A DNA stretch of 64,000 bases from Cyanobacteria bacterium P01_D01_bin.156 (lineage in GTDB: Bacteria > Cyanobacteriota > Cyanobacteriia > Phormidesmidales > Phormidesmidaceae). Positions 1 through 10,057 of the stretch are shown here, piece after piece. The stretch spans positions 288,001 to 352,000 of the forward strand of contig JBCCQQ010000001.1 in NCBI GenBank assembly GCA_039024555.1. The letters run 5' to 3'. Within the stretch, counting starts at the first letter, position 1. Each line of letters begins with the position of its first letter. The notes under the pieces were generated by a model, which saw only the letters and a program-made list of their open reading frames with translations, was not told the DNA's origin and made no database searches. A program made the translations under genes and the position numbers.

Positions 1-827
1 GCTGGCAGAAGCAACATTTGTTTAGGCGTAAACTGCAGCCCCACCGACAAGAACTGTAAAAACTCCGGCTGCTGGGCTGATAATCGCTGCAGCGATTGGT
101 GGGTACCCACCAGTAATGCCCAAGCAACAAATGCCCCTGCCACCCCAAAGGTAATGCCCTGCAAAATAAAAGGCATATATATCCAGACGGATGTAGCACC
201 CACAAGCTGCATAACCTCAATTTCTCGACGTCGCGCCATTACGATCAGGCGGATAGTGGTGGTGATGACAGCGATCGCAGTTAGGCTCAGGATAGCTAAT
301 ACCCCTACGCTAACGTAGCGTAATCCTTGATTCAGCTCCGTCAAACGCTGAACGGCCTCTGTAATGTATAGAACCTCATCCACACCAGCTAAGCTTTCTA
401 ACTGGCTAGCCACCATGGGTACCGAGTCCGAAGCAGTCACTTTAACCTTGATTTCGTCGACTAATGGATTGCCTTTGAGTTGTTCTGTGGCTCCTGCAAT
501 GTCCGTAATCCCCAGCTCTTCACTAAGGTTAGCCCAGGCTTCTTCCTTAGAAACCGTAACCACATCGGCTACTTCAGCAAAATTAAGGATGCGATCGCTT
601 AAGCTCTCAGCAGTCACCCCGCTTTCTAAATAAACGGCAATTTCCAATTGACTACCAAACTGATTTAGCAAGCTCTCGACCTGCCAAGTTGCTTGCAGAC
701 TCATGCCAAAGAGAAATAGGAGCACCATAATCGTGCTGACCGCCGCCCAGTTCATCCAACCACCACGCTGGAGACCTAAAAACGTTTCTCGTAGTAAATA
801 ACTGGCCTTCGTAAAAAACTTCCCCAT
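1..827 (-). CDS. ftsX: Cell division permease FtsX (runs off the window start)
   Basis: Not in the ORF track. Minus-strand translation from ATG 827 gives MGKFFTKASYLLRETFLGLQRGGWMNWAAVSTIMVLLFLFG, and later TIRLIVMARRREIEVMQLVGAT, both typical of FtsX. Confidence 0.9.
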   Translation of the reverse strand, partial: MGKFFTKASYLLRETFLGLQRGGWMNWAAVSTIMVLLFLFGMSLQATWQVESLLNQFGSQLEIAVYLESGVTAESLSDRILNFAEVADVVTVSKEEAWANLSEELGITDIAGATEQLKGNPLVDEIKVKVTASDSVPMVASQLESLAGVDEVLYITEAVQRLTELNQGLRYVSVGVLAILSLTAIAVITTTIRLIVMARRREIEVMQLVGATSVWIYMPFILQGITFGVAGAFVAWALLVGTHQSLQRLSAQQPEFLQFLSVGLQFTPKQMLLLP

Positions 828-894
828 ACCGGTTTCCAGGATGTGCTAGTTGCTAGGATAGACACATAGATTTATCAGCCTAATCAATTTAATC

Positions 895-1452
895 GTGGGT
901 ATTTCAGTCAGCAAGGAAAAGTTAAAGAAACCACCTCTAGAACTTCACTATTTAGGTGATCGAGTACTGCGCAAGGCAACTAAGCGGGTAGCCAAAGTAG
1001 ATGATGGCATTCGTGAACTGGCCTACAAGATGCTGCAGACCATGTATAGCGAGGATGGCATTGGTTTAGCTGCTCCTCAGATCGGTATCCATAAACAAAT
1101 TTTAGTGGTGGATACTGACCCTGAAGAAGCCGCTAACCAGCCATTGATACTGATCAACCCCAAAATCATTCGCAACAGCAAAGAAATGGCCTGTGGGCAG
1201 GAAGGTTGCTTAAGTATCCCCGGCGTATTTTTAGATGTGATTCGCCCCGCAGCTATTGAAGTCAGCTACAAGGACGACAATGGTCGCCCTCAAAAAATAA
1301 AGGCCGCTGATCTACTAGCGCGCGTTATCCAACACGAAATGGATCATCTCAATGGGGTGATGTTTGTAGATCGGGTGGATAATGCGATCGCCCTGGCCCA
1401 AGAGCTACAAAAGGGCGGCTTTTCCACAAATGATGTCAAAAAGGTTGCTTAA
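895..1452 (+). CDS. def: Peptide deformylase
   Basis: Motifs GIGLAAPQ, EGCLS and QHEMDHLNG; GTG start. Confidence 0.97.
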   Translation: MGISVSKEKLKKPPLELHYLGDRVLRKATKRVAKVDDGIRELAYKMLQTMYSEDGIGLAAPQIGIHKQILVVDTDPEEAANQPLILINPKIIRNSKEMACGQEGCLSIPGVFLDVIRPAAIEVSYKDDNGRPQKIKAADLLARVIQHEMDHLNGVMFVDRVDNAIALAQELQKGGFSTNDVKKVA

Positions 1453-1541
1453 CGCATTTAGATGGCTCTAGCTTAGTTAGTAGGGCTACGGCTTTTGGTC
1501 AAAAGCTGCTAACAACTTATTTTTTACATCAGGATAATACT

Positions 1542-1742
1542 GTGACTCCCAAAAGTGGTTTATTTCTTGCCGGTACTTGCATTGCCGCTATTGCTGGCGT
1601 TGGTTCTGTCTTTGAAATTTCTTCAGGCGACCCAGACCTAGGTATGCTGCCCACGAGTATTGTTTTAGCCCTCAGCATTCCAATCACGGTCATTTTCTTT
1701 ATGGCGGCTGTCAAGGATACAAAGGAAAACCAGCAGTGGTAG
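1542..1742 (+). CDS. Small two-TM membrane protein, hypothetical
   Basis: 66 aa with two hydrophobic segments (CIAAIAGVGSVFE; IVLALSIPITVIFF); AGGA upstream of the GTG. Confidence 0.7.
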   Translation: MTPKSGLFLAGTCIAAIAGVGSVFEISSGDPDLGMLPTSIVLALSIPITVIFFMAAVKDTKENQQW

Positions 1743-2058
1743 TTTGGGGCATCTGGGGTCAGAAAGGATATCGCCGTTGCTGATTGAGGGGATGACACGA
1801 TCTGCAGCACTGACTAGTTGCCTGGATATGTATGTGACTGGGTTCGGAAGTCAGAAATGAAAATCTTCTTTATTTATTGGCTTCAGATTCTAAACACCAA
1901 AGTCATTTGGTACTTTAAGTGTTCAGCATGATCGAGCCCCTCTTGGGGAGTGGAAGTTGGTAGAATGTAAAGGAATGTATCGCTTCTAAGCTCTTACCCA
2001 CTGTCTTTGGACAGATAAGCTAGTGGCGCTGCTGCTATTTGTGTCTCCGCTTTCCTCT

Positions 2059-3051
2059 ATGACTTTTTTGTTTCTATTCAAGCTGCTGTTAGCACTCTCA
2101 GCATTGGGGATTGCAGCCTATTTGTTAACAGCTCGTCGATATCAGTCCTCTGATTCAGTGGCTACTTCCTATGATCAGTGGACGGAAGACGGCATTTTGG
2201 AATTTTACTGGGGTGAACACATTCATTTGGGACACTACGGTTCTCCCCCTCGCTCTAAGGATTTTCTGAAAGCTAAGGCAGACTTTGTCCACGCAATGGT
2301 CAAGTGGGGTGGTCTAAATCGTCTGAGTTCTGGAACTACGCTACTAGATGTAGGGTGTGGCATCGGTGGCAGCAGCCGGATTTTGGCTCGGGACTATCAG
2401 TTCGATGTCACCGGTATCACTATCAGTCCTCAACAGGTAAAGCGGGCACAGCAGCTCACTGCTGACGGTATTACGGCCCGATTTAAGGTGGACGATGCCA
2501 TGGCATTGTCATTTCCCGATGCCAGTTTTGATGTGGTTTGGTCTGTGGAAGCGGGTCCCCACATGCCGAATAAAGCTATCTTTGCGAGGGAGTTGATGCG
2601 GGTACTCAAGCCCGGTGGAATTTTAGTCATGGCAGACTGGAACCAGCGAGATGACCGTCGGATACCTCTTAATTTTTGGGAAAAGCCGGTTATGAAGCAG
2701 TTGCTTGACCAATGGTCTCATCCGGCATTTGCAAGCATCGAAGGCTTTGCTGAGGATTTAGAAGCAACCGGATTTGTAAAGGGTGACGTCATCACAGCCG
2801 ACTGGACCCAAGAAACACTGCCTTCCTGGCTGGATTCTATTTGGCAAGGTGTGATCCGTCCCAAGGGACTGATTCGCTTTGGTTTTTCTGGATTGGTTAA
2901 GTCCCTGCGGGAAGTCCCCACGCTACTGCTGATGCGCCTGGCCTTTGGTGCAGGGCTATGTCGATTTGGCATGTTTCGCGCTATCAGAGCAGAAACAGTA
3001 TCTGCAGACAGTTCACAGCAGCTGACCATATCATCCAGTGCAGGTGTCTAG
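2059..3051 (+). CDS. SAM-dependent methyltransferase, MPBQ/MSBQ (tocopherol/plastoquinone) type
   Basis: N-terminal TM, YDQWTEDGILEFYWGEHIHLGHY and SAM motif LDVGCGIGG. ATG 2059 preferred over the GTG at 2023. Confidence 0.85.
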   Translation: MTFLFLFKLLLALSALGIAAYLLTARRYQSSDSVATSYDQWTEDGILEFYWGEHIHLGHYGSPPRSKDFLKAKADFVHAMVKWGGLNRLSSGTTLLDVGCGIGGSSRILARDYQFDVTGITISPQQVKRAQQLTADGITARFKVDDAMALSFPDASFDVVWSVEAGPHMPNKAIFARELMRVLKPGGILVMADWNQRDDRRIPLNFWEKPVMKQLLDQWSHPAFASIEGFAEDLEATGFVKGDVITADWTQETLPSWLDSIWQGVIRPKGLIRFGFSGLVKSLREVPTLLLMRLAFGAGLCRFGMFRAIRAETVSADSSQQLTISSSAGV

Positions 3052-3073
3052 CTCCACCAACTCTCAAAACTCC

Positions 3074-4294
3074 ATGAGTATTATTGTTGTTGGAGCCGGA
3101 CCCGCTGGTGCAAGTCTCTCCTATCTACTAGCCCGTGCTGGCATACAGGTCACTCTGCTTGAACAGGAAACCAGCTTTAACCGAGTTTTTCGAGGTGAAG
3201 GGTTAATGCCCGCCGGCATGGATGCCCTGGATCAAATGGGCATATTGCCTCTGCTCGAAGATATTCCCCACCGCCGCTTAGAGTCTTGGAATATTCATCT
3301 AGGCGGCCAGGAGGTTTTTGTAATTCCTGAACCTGACTTGGGCAAAAGCTCTCTGAGCGTTGTTTCACAGCCCGCTTTACTGGAAGGTTTTGTCACTGCA
3401 GCTGCCAAATATGACAGCTTTGACTTTAGAACTAACTGTCAGGTGCAGGATCTGTTGTGGGAAGGCAACCATGTGGTTGGTGTGAGGGTCAAAACCGACC
3501 ATAAAGTCTCTGAACTGCGGGCTGATTTAGTCATTGGTTGCGATGGTCGGGGTTCTTTAGTGCGTCGGAAAGCAAAGCTAAATATTGAGCTACAGCCGGA
3601 TCAGTATGATGTGCTGTGGTTTAAGCTACCTGCACCCGACCGGTTGAAAAACACCTGTCAGTTTTACTTGATGGCCAAAGCTCAACAGCATCCTGCCAGC
3701 TGCTACACCTCGTGGGATGGGCAACTCCAATACGGTCTAATCTTGCCTAAGGGAGGACTGGGGCAGTTAAAAAATACAGATTGGCTGACCGTAGCAGCCC
3801 ACGCTGCACCAGAGTGGTTGGCGAACCATGTGCTCTCGCAGCGACAAGCAGTCAGTACGCCTGTGCAGCTAAACGTGGTCGTGGGCCAATGTCCCAAATG
3901 GTGGCGCTCAGGACTTCTACTACTAGGTGATGCAGCCCACCCGATGTCGCCCGTCAGGGCTCAGGGCATTAACCTAGCTCTGCGAGATGCAATTATCGCA
4001 GTCAATTATTTGGTACCTGCCTGGGAACTAGGCTCAGCAGCTGTAGATAACGCATTAGCAGCAATCCAGAAGGACAGAGTACCGGAAGTCATGCGATCGC
4101 AAGCACTACAGCTAAGAGAAGCTCATAGTCTAAAGCTTGTTCGCTCTTCTCCTTGGAAATTAGCCGCTGTCCAGAAAGTATTGCCGTGGATTGGTCAGTT
4201 TTCCTGGATACAGCATGCCTGGTTGGCCCGTCAACATGATTTACGCTACGGCTCCCAGCCTGTCAAACTATCAGATGATTTGGGTTTTACCTAA
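3074..4294 (+). CDS. FAD-dependent monooxygenase/oxidoreductase (UbiH/PheA-like)
   Basis: Flavoprotein hydroxylase fingerprints GAGPAG, IGCDGRGS and LLGDAAHPMSPVRAQGINLALRD. Confidence 0.88.
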   Translation: MSIIVVGAGPAGASLSYLLARAGIQVTLLEQETSFNRVFRGEGLMPAGMDALDQMGILPLLEDIPHRRLESWNIHLGGQEVFVIPEPDLGKSSLSVVSQPALLEGFVTAAAKYDSFDFRTNCQVQDLLWEGNHVVGVRVKTDHKVSELRADLVIGCDGRGSLVRRKAKLNIELQPDQYDVLWFKLPAPDRLKNTCQFYLMAKAQQHPASCYTSWDGQLQYGLILPKGGLGQLKNTDWLTVAAHAAPEWLANHVLSQRQAVSTPVQLNVVVGQCPKWWRSGLLLLGDAAHPMSPVRAQGINLALRDAIIAVNYLVPAWELGSAAVDNALAAIQKDRVPEVMRSQALQLREAHSLKLVRSSPWKLAAVQKVLPWIGQFSWIQHAWLARQHDLRYGSQPVKLSDDLGFT

Positions 4295-4455
4295 ACCTCA
4301 TAGGGAATTCAGTGCTTGTAGCGAGGGAATCACTGAGAAAGAATAGGTATCAATGTGCACAGAGCATAAAGTTAGCTACTTAGCTATGGTGTCCCCCATG
4401 ATGCCATTGGGCACCAAAACGTTTCGAGTACGCTAAAAACCTACAGTAAAGTCCT

Positions 4456-4965
4456 ATGGTCTTATCTCAGAGTAAAAACAGATCATCCGTTAAACTTCCC
4501 TATGATTTAGCTAATAAAATTCTGAATCGTCTGCCGCCAGAATATCGTAGGAGTTTTTCGATAGAACAAGTTGAGGCTTTGCAAACGGCTTTGATTATGC
4601 AAGGGGCTTTGGATAAGGCTAAGCCAAAACCACTGGAACTGTGGAAGTTTCATTTAGGGCCTTTATGCCTATCACTGGATCTGAAAAATCAGCAGAATCT
4701 GCACGCAAACGCACGTCGCCAATCTGTGCTGGTGCCCATCCTTTGCATGCTGGTAACCATACTAGGCATTGGTTGCGTTGCGAGCCTACTCAAATTTCGC
4801 TACGAATATCAATCCAGTCGTTTGGCAACGTCTTTACAAGCCCAAGAGCAGGAATTTCATCCCGCGGTACTGCCATTTCGCACAGATCAGGACACGTGCG
4901 AAGAAAATGGCGCCATCTGGATGGATCAAGAATGCGTGGACTATGGCCATAATCCGACATTCTAA
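4456..4965 (+). CDS. Hypothetical single-pass membrane protein
   Basis: 169-aa ORF with one TM and a C-terminal CEENGAIWMDQEC Cys pair. Confidence 0.7.
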   Translation: MVLSQSKNRSSVKLPYDLANKILNRLPPEYRRSFSIEQVEALQTALIMQGALDKAKPKPLELWKFHLGPLCLSLDLKNQQNLHANARRQSVLVPILCMLVTILGIGCVASLLKFRYEYQSSRLATSLQAQEQEFHPAVLPFRTDQDTCEENGAIWMDQECVDYGHNPTF

Positions 4966-5021
4966 TGAGAACGTCGGATGGTAAGAGCTTTTATTTATGG
5001 AAGCTGTGCCCCAAAAGGGGT

Positions 5022-6986
5022 TTATCTTAGATAGTCAATAATGCCTTGGGCAATAGCATCAGCGATTTGTTCGCGGGCCGCATTACTTTGAAATCGTGCG
5101 GAGTCTTCGCGTCCAGTGATAAAACCTGTTTCCACCAAGACGGCTGGCATAGAAGTATTTCGCAGTACATAAAAACGAGCTTGACGCACACCGCGATCGC
5201 GCAAGTTAGTACTGCGTAGAACACGGCTTTGAATCGACTGAGCTAAACTGCGTCCGGTGGAAAAGTAATAGGTTTCCAACCCATTAACTTCAGGGCGACT
5301 CAGGCTAATAGCATTGGCGTGAATACTGACAAAGACCGTAGCGTTAGCGCGTTCAGCAATATCGACACGGGGTTGCAAATCCACTTCCACGTCGCTGTTA
5401 CGGGTCATGGCTACCCGGTAGCCACGCTGTTCCAGGGTGCTCCGAACACGTCGGGAAATAAACAGATTAATTTCTTTCTCCTGAAGTCCGTTGCCAACAG
5501 CCCCTGGATCACGCCCTCCATGGCCAGGATCAATCATCACCAAAACCTCACCCTGCTGGGCTGGGCGCGCAGGTGCACTCGGCGATGGATTGGAGGGAGG
5601 CACCGTCGCCGTAGTTTGCACAATCCGAGCATCTAAACCTTCAGCTTGAAGTCGCTGCTGTAAATTATTGGCTCGGACTTGTTCCTGAAACCGCCCCGCT
5701 TGAATGACGGTTTGTCCATTCACCGTAGTCCGAAAGGCACCCGCTTCTACCTGATTAACCCTGGCTCTAAGTAACGCTGAGCTACCTGGAACAATCACCT
5801 GATAAAGAACATTGCTTGAAGCCGAGGGGGTTGGCTGGGAGAAGGTGACCTGACCTATTTCAACAATTTGTGCAGATAGCCCAGCATCCACCAAACGCTG
5901 TTGGAGTTCACTCGCCCGTGCCCGTTCTTGAAACCGCCCCGCTTGAATGACGGTTTGTCCATTCACCGTAGTCCGAAAGGCACCCGCTTCTACCTGGTTG
6001 ACCCTAGCTCTGAGTAACGCTGAGCTACCTGGAACAATCACCTGGTAAAGAACATTGTTGGCTGGGGGCGTTGGTTGAGGTGCAGTAGCCCGAGCTGTTT
6101 CAACAATTTGTGCAGATAGTCCGGCATCCACCAAACGCTGTTGGAGTTCACTCGCCCGTGCCCGTTCTCGAAATCGTCCAGCCTGGATAACAGCTTGACC
6201 ATTAGCGGTCGTACGAAACGCTCCAGGCTCTACAGCGTTGACACGCGATCTCAAAATTGCGGAGCTGCCTGGTACAACAACCTGATAATCCACGTCAGCG
6301 TTACTACTACTCCCCGGTTGACCAATAGTAGGAGGCGGTAACTGGGGACGATTGCTGGGTGAAGGGGTAGGCGTCGTGGGACCAGGGGCAGGACGCTCTG
6401 CTCCGGCTGCCGCCAGTAACACATCTAATGATTGGTTATTAGTTAAATAAACATGGCCTAAAGTTTGCCCCTGGTAAACCCGTCGAGCCATACTCCAACC
6501 AGCATCCAGTTCGATTTTCACAAAATCGTTGGCAGAGCCTTGAGAACGGCCTAACTCCAGCCTAGGCAACCCTCTTTGCAGGAGGCTGGGCACCGCAACA
6601 AGCACTAAATTATCACCCTGTCTTTCTATCTGCAGACGATAGCGTGACCCTAAATCTTCTCCAGCAACTCGTACCGAATATCCATTACTGTCAGAACTAC
6701 GACCGCAAATACCCGTAAAATCAAAGTTCAGCAGCAGCGGCTCAATTGTTGCAGGGTTACCTGGCTGTTCTTGCCAGCAACGTCTAGCCGAGCTGATCTG
6801 TTCAATAATGAGCAATTTGAAAAATCGACCGTTGTTGACAGGTTCTGCAACGGCTACGACCCGATTATTATCAATAGACTGTTGATTAAATTGGGCAGCT
6901 GATGCACTCGGAGCTAACGTAACAGCTACCCCAAAGGCAGCAGCCACAGCTGACAGTTTCGAGAGTTGACGAAGAAATGATTTCAT
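5022..6986 (-). CDS. N-acetylmuramoyl-L-alanine amidase (signal peptide, DUF3747-like domain, 3 SPOR-like repeats, Amidase_3)
   Basis: IDPGHGG, EKEINL, FVSIHAN and LVETGF Zn-amidase motifs; N-terminal RCWQE...FDFTGICGRSSDSNGYS domain. ATG 6986 preferred. Confidence 0.92.
   Translation of the reverse strand: MKSFLRQLSKLSAVAAAFGVAVTLAPSASAAQFNQQSIDNNRVVAVAEPVNNGRFFKLLIIEQISSARRCWQEQPGNPATIEPLLLNFDFTGICGRSSDSNGYSVRVAGEDLGSRYRLQIERQGDNLVLVAVPSLLQRGLPRLELGRSQGSANDFVKIELDAGWSMARRVYQGQTLGHVYLTNNQSLDVLLAAAGAERPAPGPTTPTPSPSNRPQLPPPTIGQPGSSSNADVDYQVVVPGSSAILRSRVNAVEPGAFRTTANGQAVIQAGRFRERARASELQQRLVDAGLSAQIVETARATAPQPTPPANNVLYQVIVPGSSALLRARVNQVEAGAFRTTVNGQTVIQAGRFQERARASELQQRLVDAGLSAQIVEIGQVTFSQPTPSASSNVLYQVIVPGSSALLRARVNQVEAGAFRTTVNGQTVIQAGRFQEQVRANNLQQRLQAEGLDARIVQTTATVPPSNPSPSAPARPAQQGEVLVMIDPGHGGRDPGAVGNGLQEKEINLFISRRVRSTLEQRGYRVAMTRNSDVEVDLQPRVDIAERANATVFVSIHANAISLSRPEVNGLETYYFSTGRSLAQSIQSRVLRSTNLRDRGVRQARFYVLRNTSMPAVLVETGFITGREDSARFQSNAAREQIADAIAQGIIDYLR
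5686..6168. repeat. Intragenic tandem duplication of about 240-243 bp
   Basis: 5686-5814 nearly matches 5929-6057 (offset 243); 5858-5928 nearly matches 6098-6168 (offset 240). Confidence 0.92.
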
Positions 6987-7424
6987 ATCCCTGAGAGCGC
7001 GGGTAGGAAAGAAGCTGTCTGGACGTGATATTAGCAGGAAACACAAGCGCAAAGTCTAACGGCTGTTTATGTAGTTTTCCGATAAAGCTAGCGATTAGGT
7101 AAGCAAATATATCAGTTCATCAGCTGTCCGCAATAAAATTTGTCAAAGCCAGCTTGAAAGCCCCGACCAATTTAAGCCTTTGTGTGACTAAATTTCAGAA
7201 AGAAAACAGTCTATAAACCCTTGCAAGATAAAGGATTTGAGATCCCAAGCAGACTGAAGTTTAGGAACCACCCATCTAGACAAATCGAGCTGTGAAACTT
7301 ACCAGGCTGTCACAGTCGTAGTTATCCGTTTTATAGGCTAGCATCCAAGCAAAGAGAAGATTTTGGAGTGGGCCAGAGCTCCAGAACATCTGCACTGTTA
7401 AAAATCTCAGTTGATTCTAGGCAA

Positions 7425-9596
7425 CTATTCGCACCACAGAGAGGGGTAACTAATGCCGTATCCCTGAGCAAAATCAATACCAATGGCCTGTATCTTTTGC
7501 ATCATGATTGCACTTTCGACAGATTCAGCAATCGTTTGCAAGCCAATCACATGACCCACTCGATGGATCGATTCAATGATGGCCTCAGTCGTAGAATCAT
7601 GCATAATCCCCTGAATAAATTCACCATCAATTTTAAGAAAATCAACCGGCAAAGCCTTGAGATAGGCAAACGAAGACATTCCACTACCAAAATCATCTAG
7701 TGCGAAGCGACAACCTAAACTGTGTAGAGATCTAATAAATGAATTAGCACGCTTGAAATCAGCAATAGCAGCTGTTTCCGTAATCTCAAAACAAATACAG
7801 TGGGGTGGTACCTGAAATACTGAAAACTGACTGATCACAAATTGTAGAAACTGCTCATCATTAAGACTCGTCCCAGACAGGTTAATACTGTAGAGTACGT
7901 CCTCTGGCTTATTTTTTAACTGCCGTTCGAGATTGGTAAGACAGGTACATATAATCCAACGATCTAATAGCGGCATCAATCCATATCGCTCAGCCGCCGG
8001 GATGAACTTTTCTGGAGAAATAATCTCTCCTTTATCTGTTAACATCCGCACCAAAACCTCATAGAAGTCGATAGATGTTGTCTCTTCATTGTTTTGAATG
8101 CTGGCAATTGCTTGACGATATAAACAGAAGCGATGCTGCTCAAGCGCTTGACGAAGAATCACACTCCAATGTCGTTCTTGTCGTTGTTGATGGAGTTCAG
8201 CATTATCTTTTTGATAAATCTGAATACGATTGCGTCCTCGATATTTAGCGGCATAACAAGCGGCATCTGCTGCACTCATCACAGCTGCTGGATCAGTACT
8301 GTTGGCATCCACAGCAACTAACCCAATGCTGACACCAACTCGAAAAATTTGGTCTTGCCAAATGAAGGGGTAATCAGCAATAGCCTGACGCAGGTTCTCT
8401 GCAATGTTCACCGCTTGATCTAAAGGACATTGGGTGAGTAAGATACCGAACTCATCACCCCCCAAACGAGCTATTGTATCTGTCACGCGAATGTGGCGCT
8501 TCAGCAACCGTGCAAGCTGTCGCAACAGCTCATCGCCAGCTAAATGACCACTCGTGTCATTGACGACTTTAAACTGGTCAAGATCCAAATAACAGAGAAC
8601 ATGGTGTTGTTGCTGTTGCACAGCTGTTGCAACCATATTCTCCAAAGTAGTTTCAAAATATCGTCGATTAAATAACTGGGTTAAACTATCGTGACTCGCC
8701 TGCCAACTTAGCTGTTGAGCTAAAGAACGTGACTGGGTAACATCGTGAAAAACCATCACAACACCAATCAAACGCTTCTGTCGGTTGAGAATAGGGGCTG
8801 CCGAATCTTCAATACTAAATTCTGTTCCATCGCGGCGGATTAGAATTGTATGATTACCTAGACCTGTAATTGTTCCATTCGCTAAGATGCAAGCTACAGG
8901 GTTTGTAGCAGGCTCTCGTGTTGTTTCATTAACGATATTAAAAACCTCAGTCAGAGGTAGACCGTGAGCCGCCTGAGTTGTCCACCCCGTCATCCCTTCA
9001 GCAACAGGATTTAAATAATTCACTCGACCACTAGAATCAGTCGTAATAACAGCATCGCCAATGGAGTCTAAGGTGACCTGGGCAATTTCTTTTTCAGTTT
9101 CTAGAGCAATTTCTAGAAGCTTGCGACTTGTAATGTCAGTAATCGTACCGGCATAGCCTATGCTGCTGCCATTCGAATCATATTCGACAGCAGCTTGCCC
9201 AAATACCCAAGTCACTACTCCAGCAGGGGTTTGAACTCGATATTCAGCTTGAAAAGGTTGATTAGATTGGACAGCTTGGTACCACCCTTGATAGACACGG
9301 TCTCGATCGTTAGGATGAATCGCTGTCAGCCATTCTGTTCCCTGGGCCTTACTCGCTGAAATACCGACAATAGTACACCAGCATTGGTTGACATATATAC
9401 AATGCCCGTTTTTATCAGTACGAAAAATTCCTACAGGGATAGCTTCTACCAAGCGAGCGTAGGAGTCATGAGATTCGTTGAGCGGAGCAGCTGCCGTAAG
9501 TTTACAATCCTTAAGGTGCGAGTCAGACTCAATTTGATTAATCTCCTCCCTCGCTGAATCGATGGTGGATTTCTCGTTTACGCCATCTACAGTCAT
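7425..9596 (-). CDS. PAS-PAS-GGDEF-EAL diguanylate cyclase/phosphodiesterase
   Basis: Two PAS/PAC domains, RVTD I-site five residues before GGDEF, EVL motif and DDFGSG loop. Confidence 0.95.
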   Translation of the reverse strand: MTVDGVNEKSTIDSAREEINQIESDSHLKDCKLTAAAPLNESHDSYARLVEAIPVGIFRTDKNGHCIYVNQCWCTIVGISASKAQGTEWLTAIHPNDRDRVYQGWYQAVQSNQPFQAEYRVQTPAGVVTWVFGQAAVEYDSNGSSIGYAGTITDITSRKLLEIALETEKEIAQVTLDSIGDAVITTDSSGRVNYLNPVAEGMTGWTTQAAHGLPLTEVFNIVNETTREPATNPVACILANGTITGLGNHTILIRRDGTEFSIEDSAAPILNRQKRLIGVVMVFHDVTQSRSLAQQLSWQASHDSLTQLFNRRYFETTLENMVATAVQQQQHHVLCYLDLDQFKVVNDTSGHLAGDELLRQLARLLKRHIRVTDTIARLGGDEFGILLTQCPLDQAVNIAENLRQAIADYPFIWQDQIFRVGVSIGLVAVDANSTDPAAVMSAADAACYAAKYRGRNRIQIYQKDNAELHQQRQERHWSVILRQALEQHRFCLYRQAIASIQNNEETTSIDFYEVLVRMLTDKGEIISPEKFIPAAERYGLMPLLDRWIICTCLTNLERQLKNKPEDVLYSINLSGTSLNDEQFLQFVISQFSVFQVPPHCICFEITETAAIADFKRANSFIRSLHSLGCRFALDDFGSGMSSFAYLKALPVDFLKIDGEFIQGIMHDSTTEAIIESIHRVGHVIGLQTIAESVESAIMMQKIQAIGIDFAQGYGISYPSLWCE

Positions 9597-9722
9597 CAGA
9601 TATTTCAGGAAAATAAATCAAAAAAATTCACGAGAAACTACCAGGGATTAAGACATGTTCACACAAGCCCTCTGCTTCTTTGTATCCCACTCCTAGAAAA
9701 ACAACAATGGTATGCAATTAAA

Positions 9723-9748
9723 ACAATAGTCAAAAACTTGACTATTGT
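9723..9748. promoter_or_regulatory. Perfect 11-bp inverted repeat, candidate operator upstream of the GGDEF-EAL gene
   Basis: ACAATAGTCAA-aaac-TTGACTATTGT. Confidence 0.4.
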
Positions 9749-10057
9749 AGTTTTGGTTAAAACAGTCAACAGTGATTTATCTCAATTGATTCAGGGTCTA
9801 ACTCTGTAGATCGAGCTTTAGTCAATGATAATTTTTCTCTATAAAAGTTCTAACAACTCAATCTTTAAGTGGCTATGGCTCGTCAAGATTTATGAGCGTA
9901 GCTCACAAAATAGAAAACCCCAGATTTTTCTAATTAGGAGGAAACCGATTGAACCTATAGCATGCCGATATTTTTTCTCTTTCGACAAAAACTTTATTAG
10001 TATTTTGTCATGAATGCTTTAGCGAACGAACGTTTGTTCTTCCTTTAAACATGGTCG

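Noticed and set aside
5686..6168. DGR template/variable repeat pair
   Set aside because: Both copies are in-frame coding repeats, the differences look mostly synonymous rather than diversifying, and there is no reverse transcriptase in the window.
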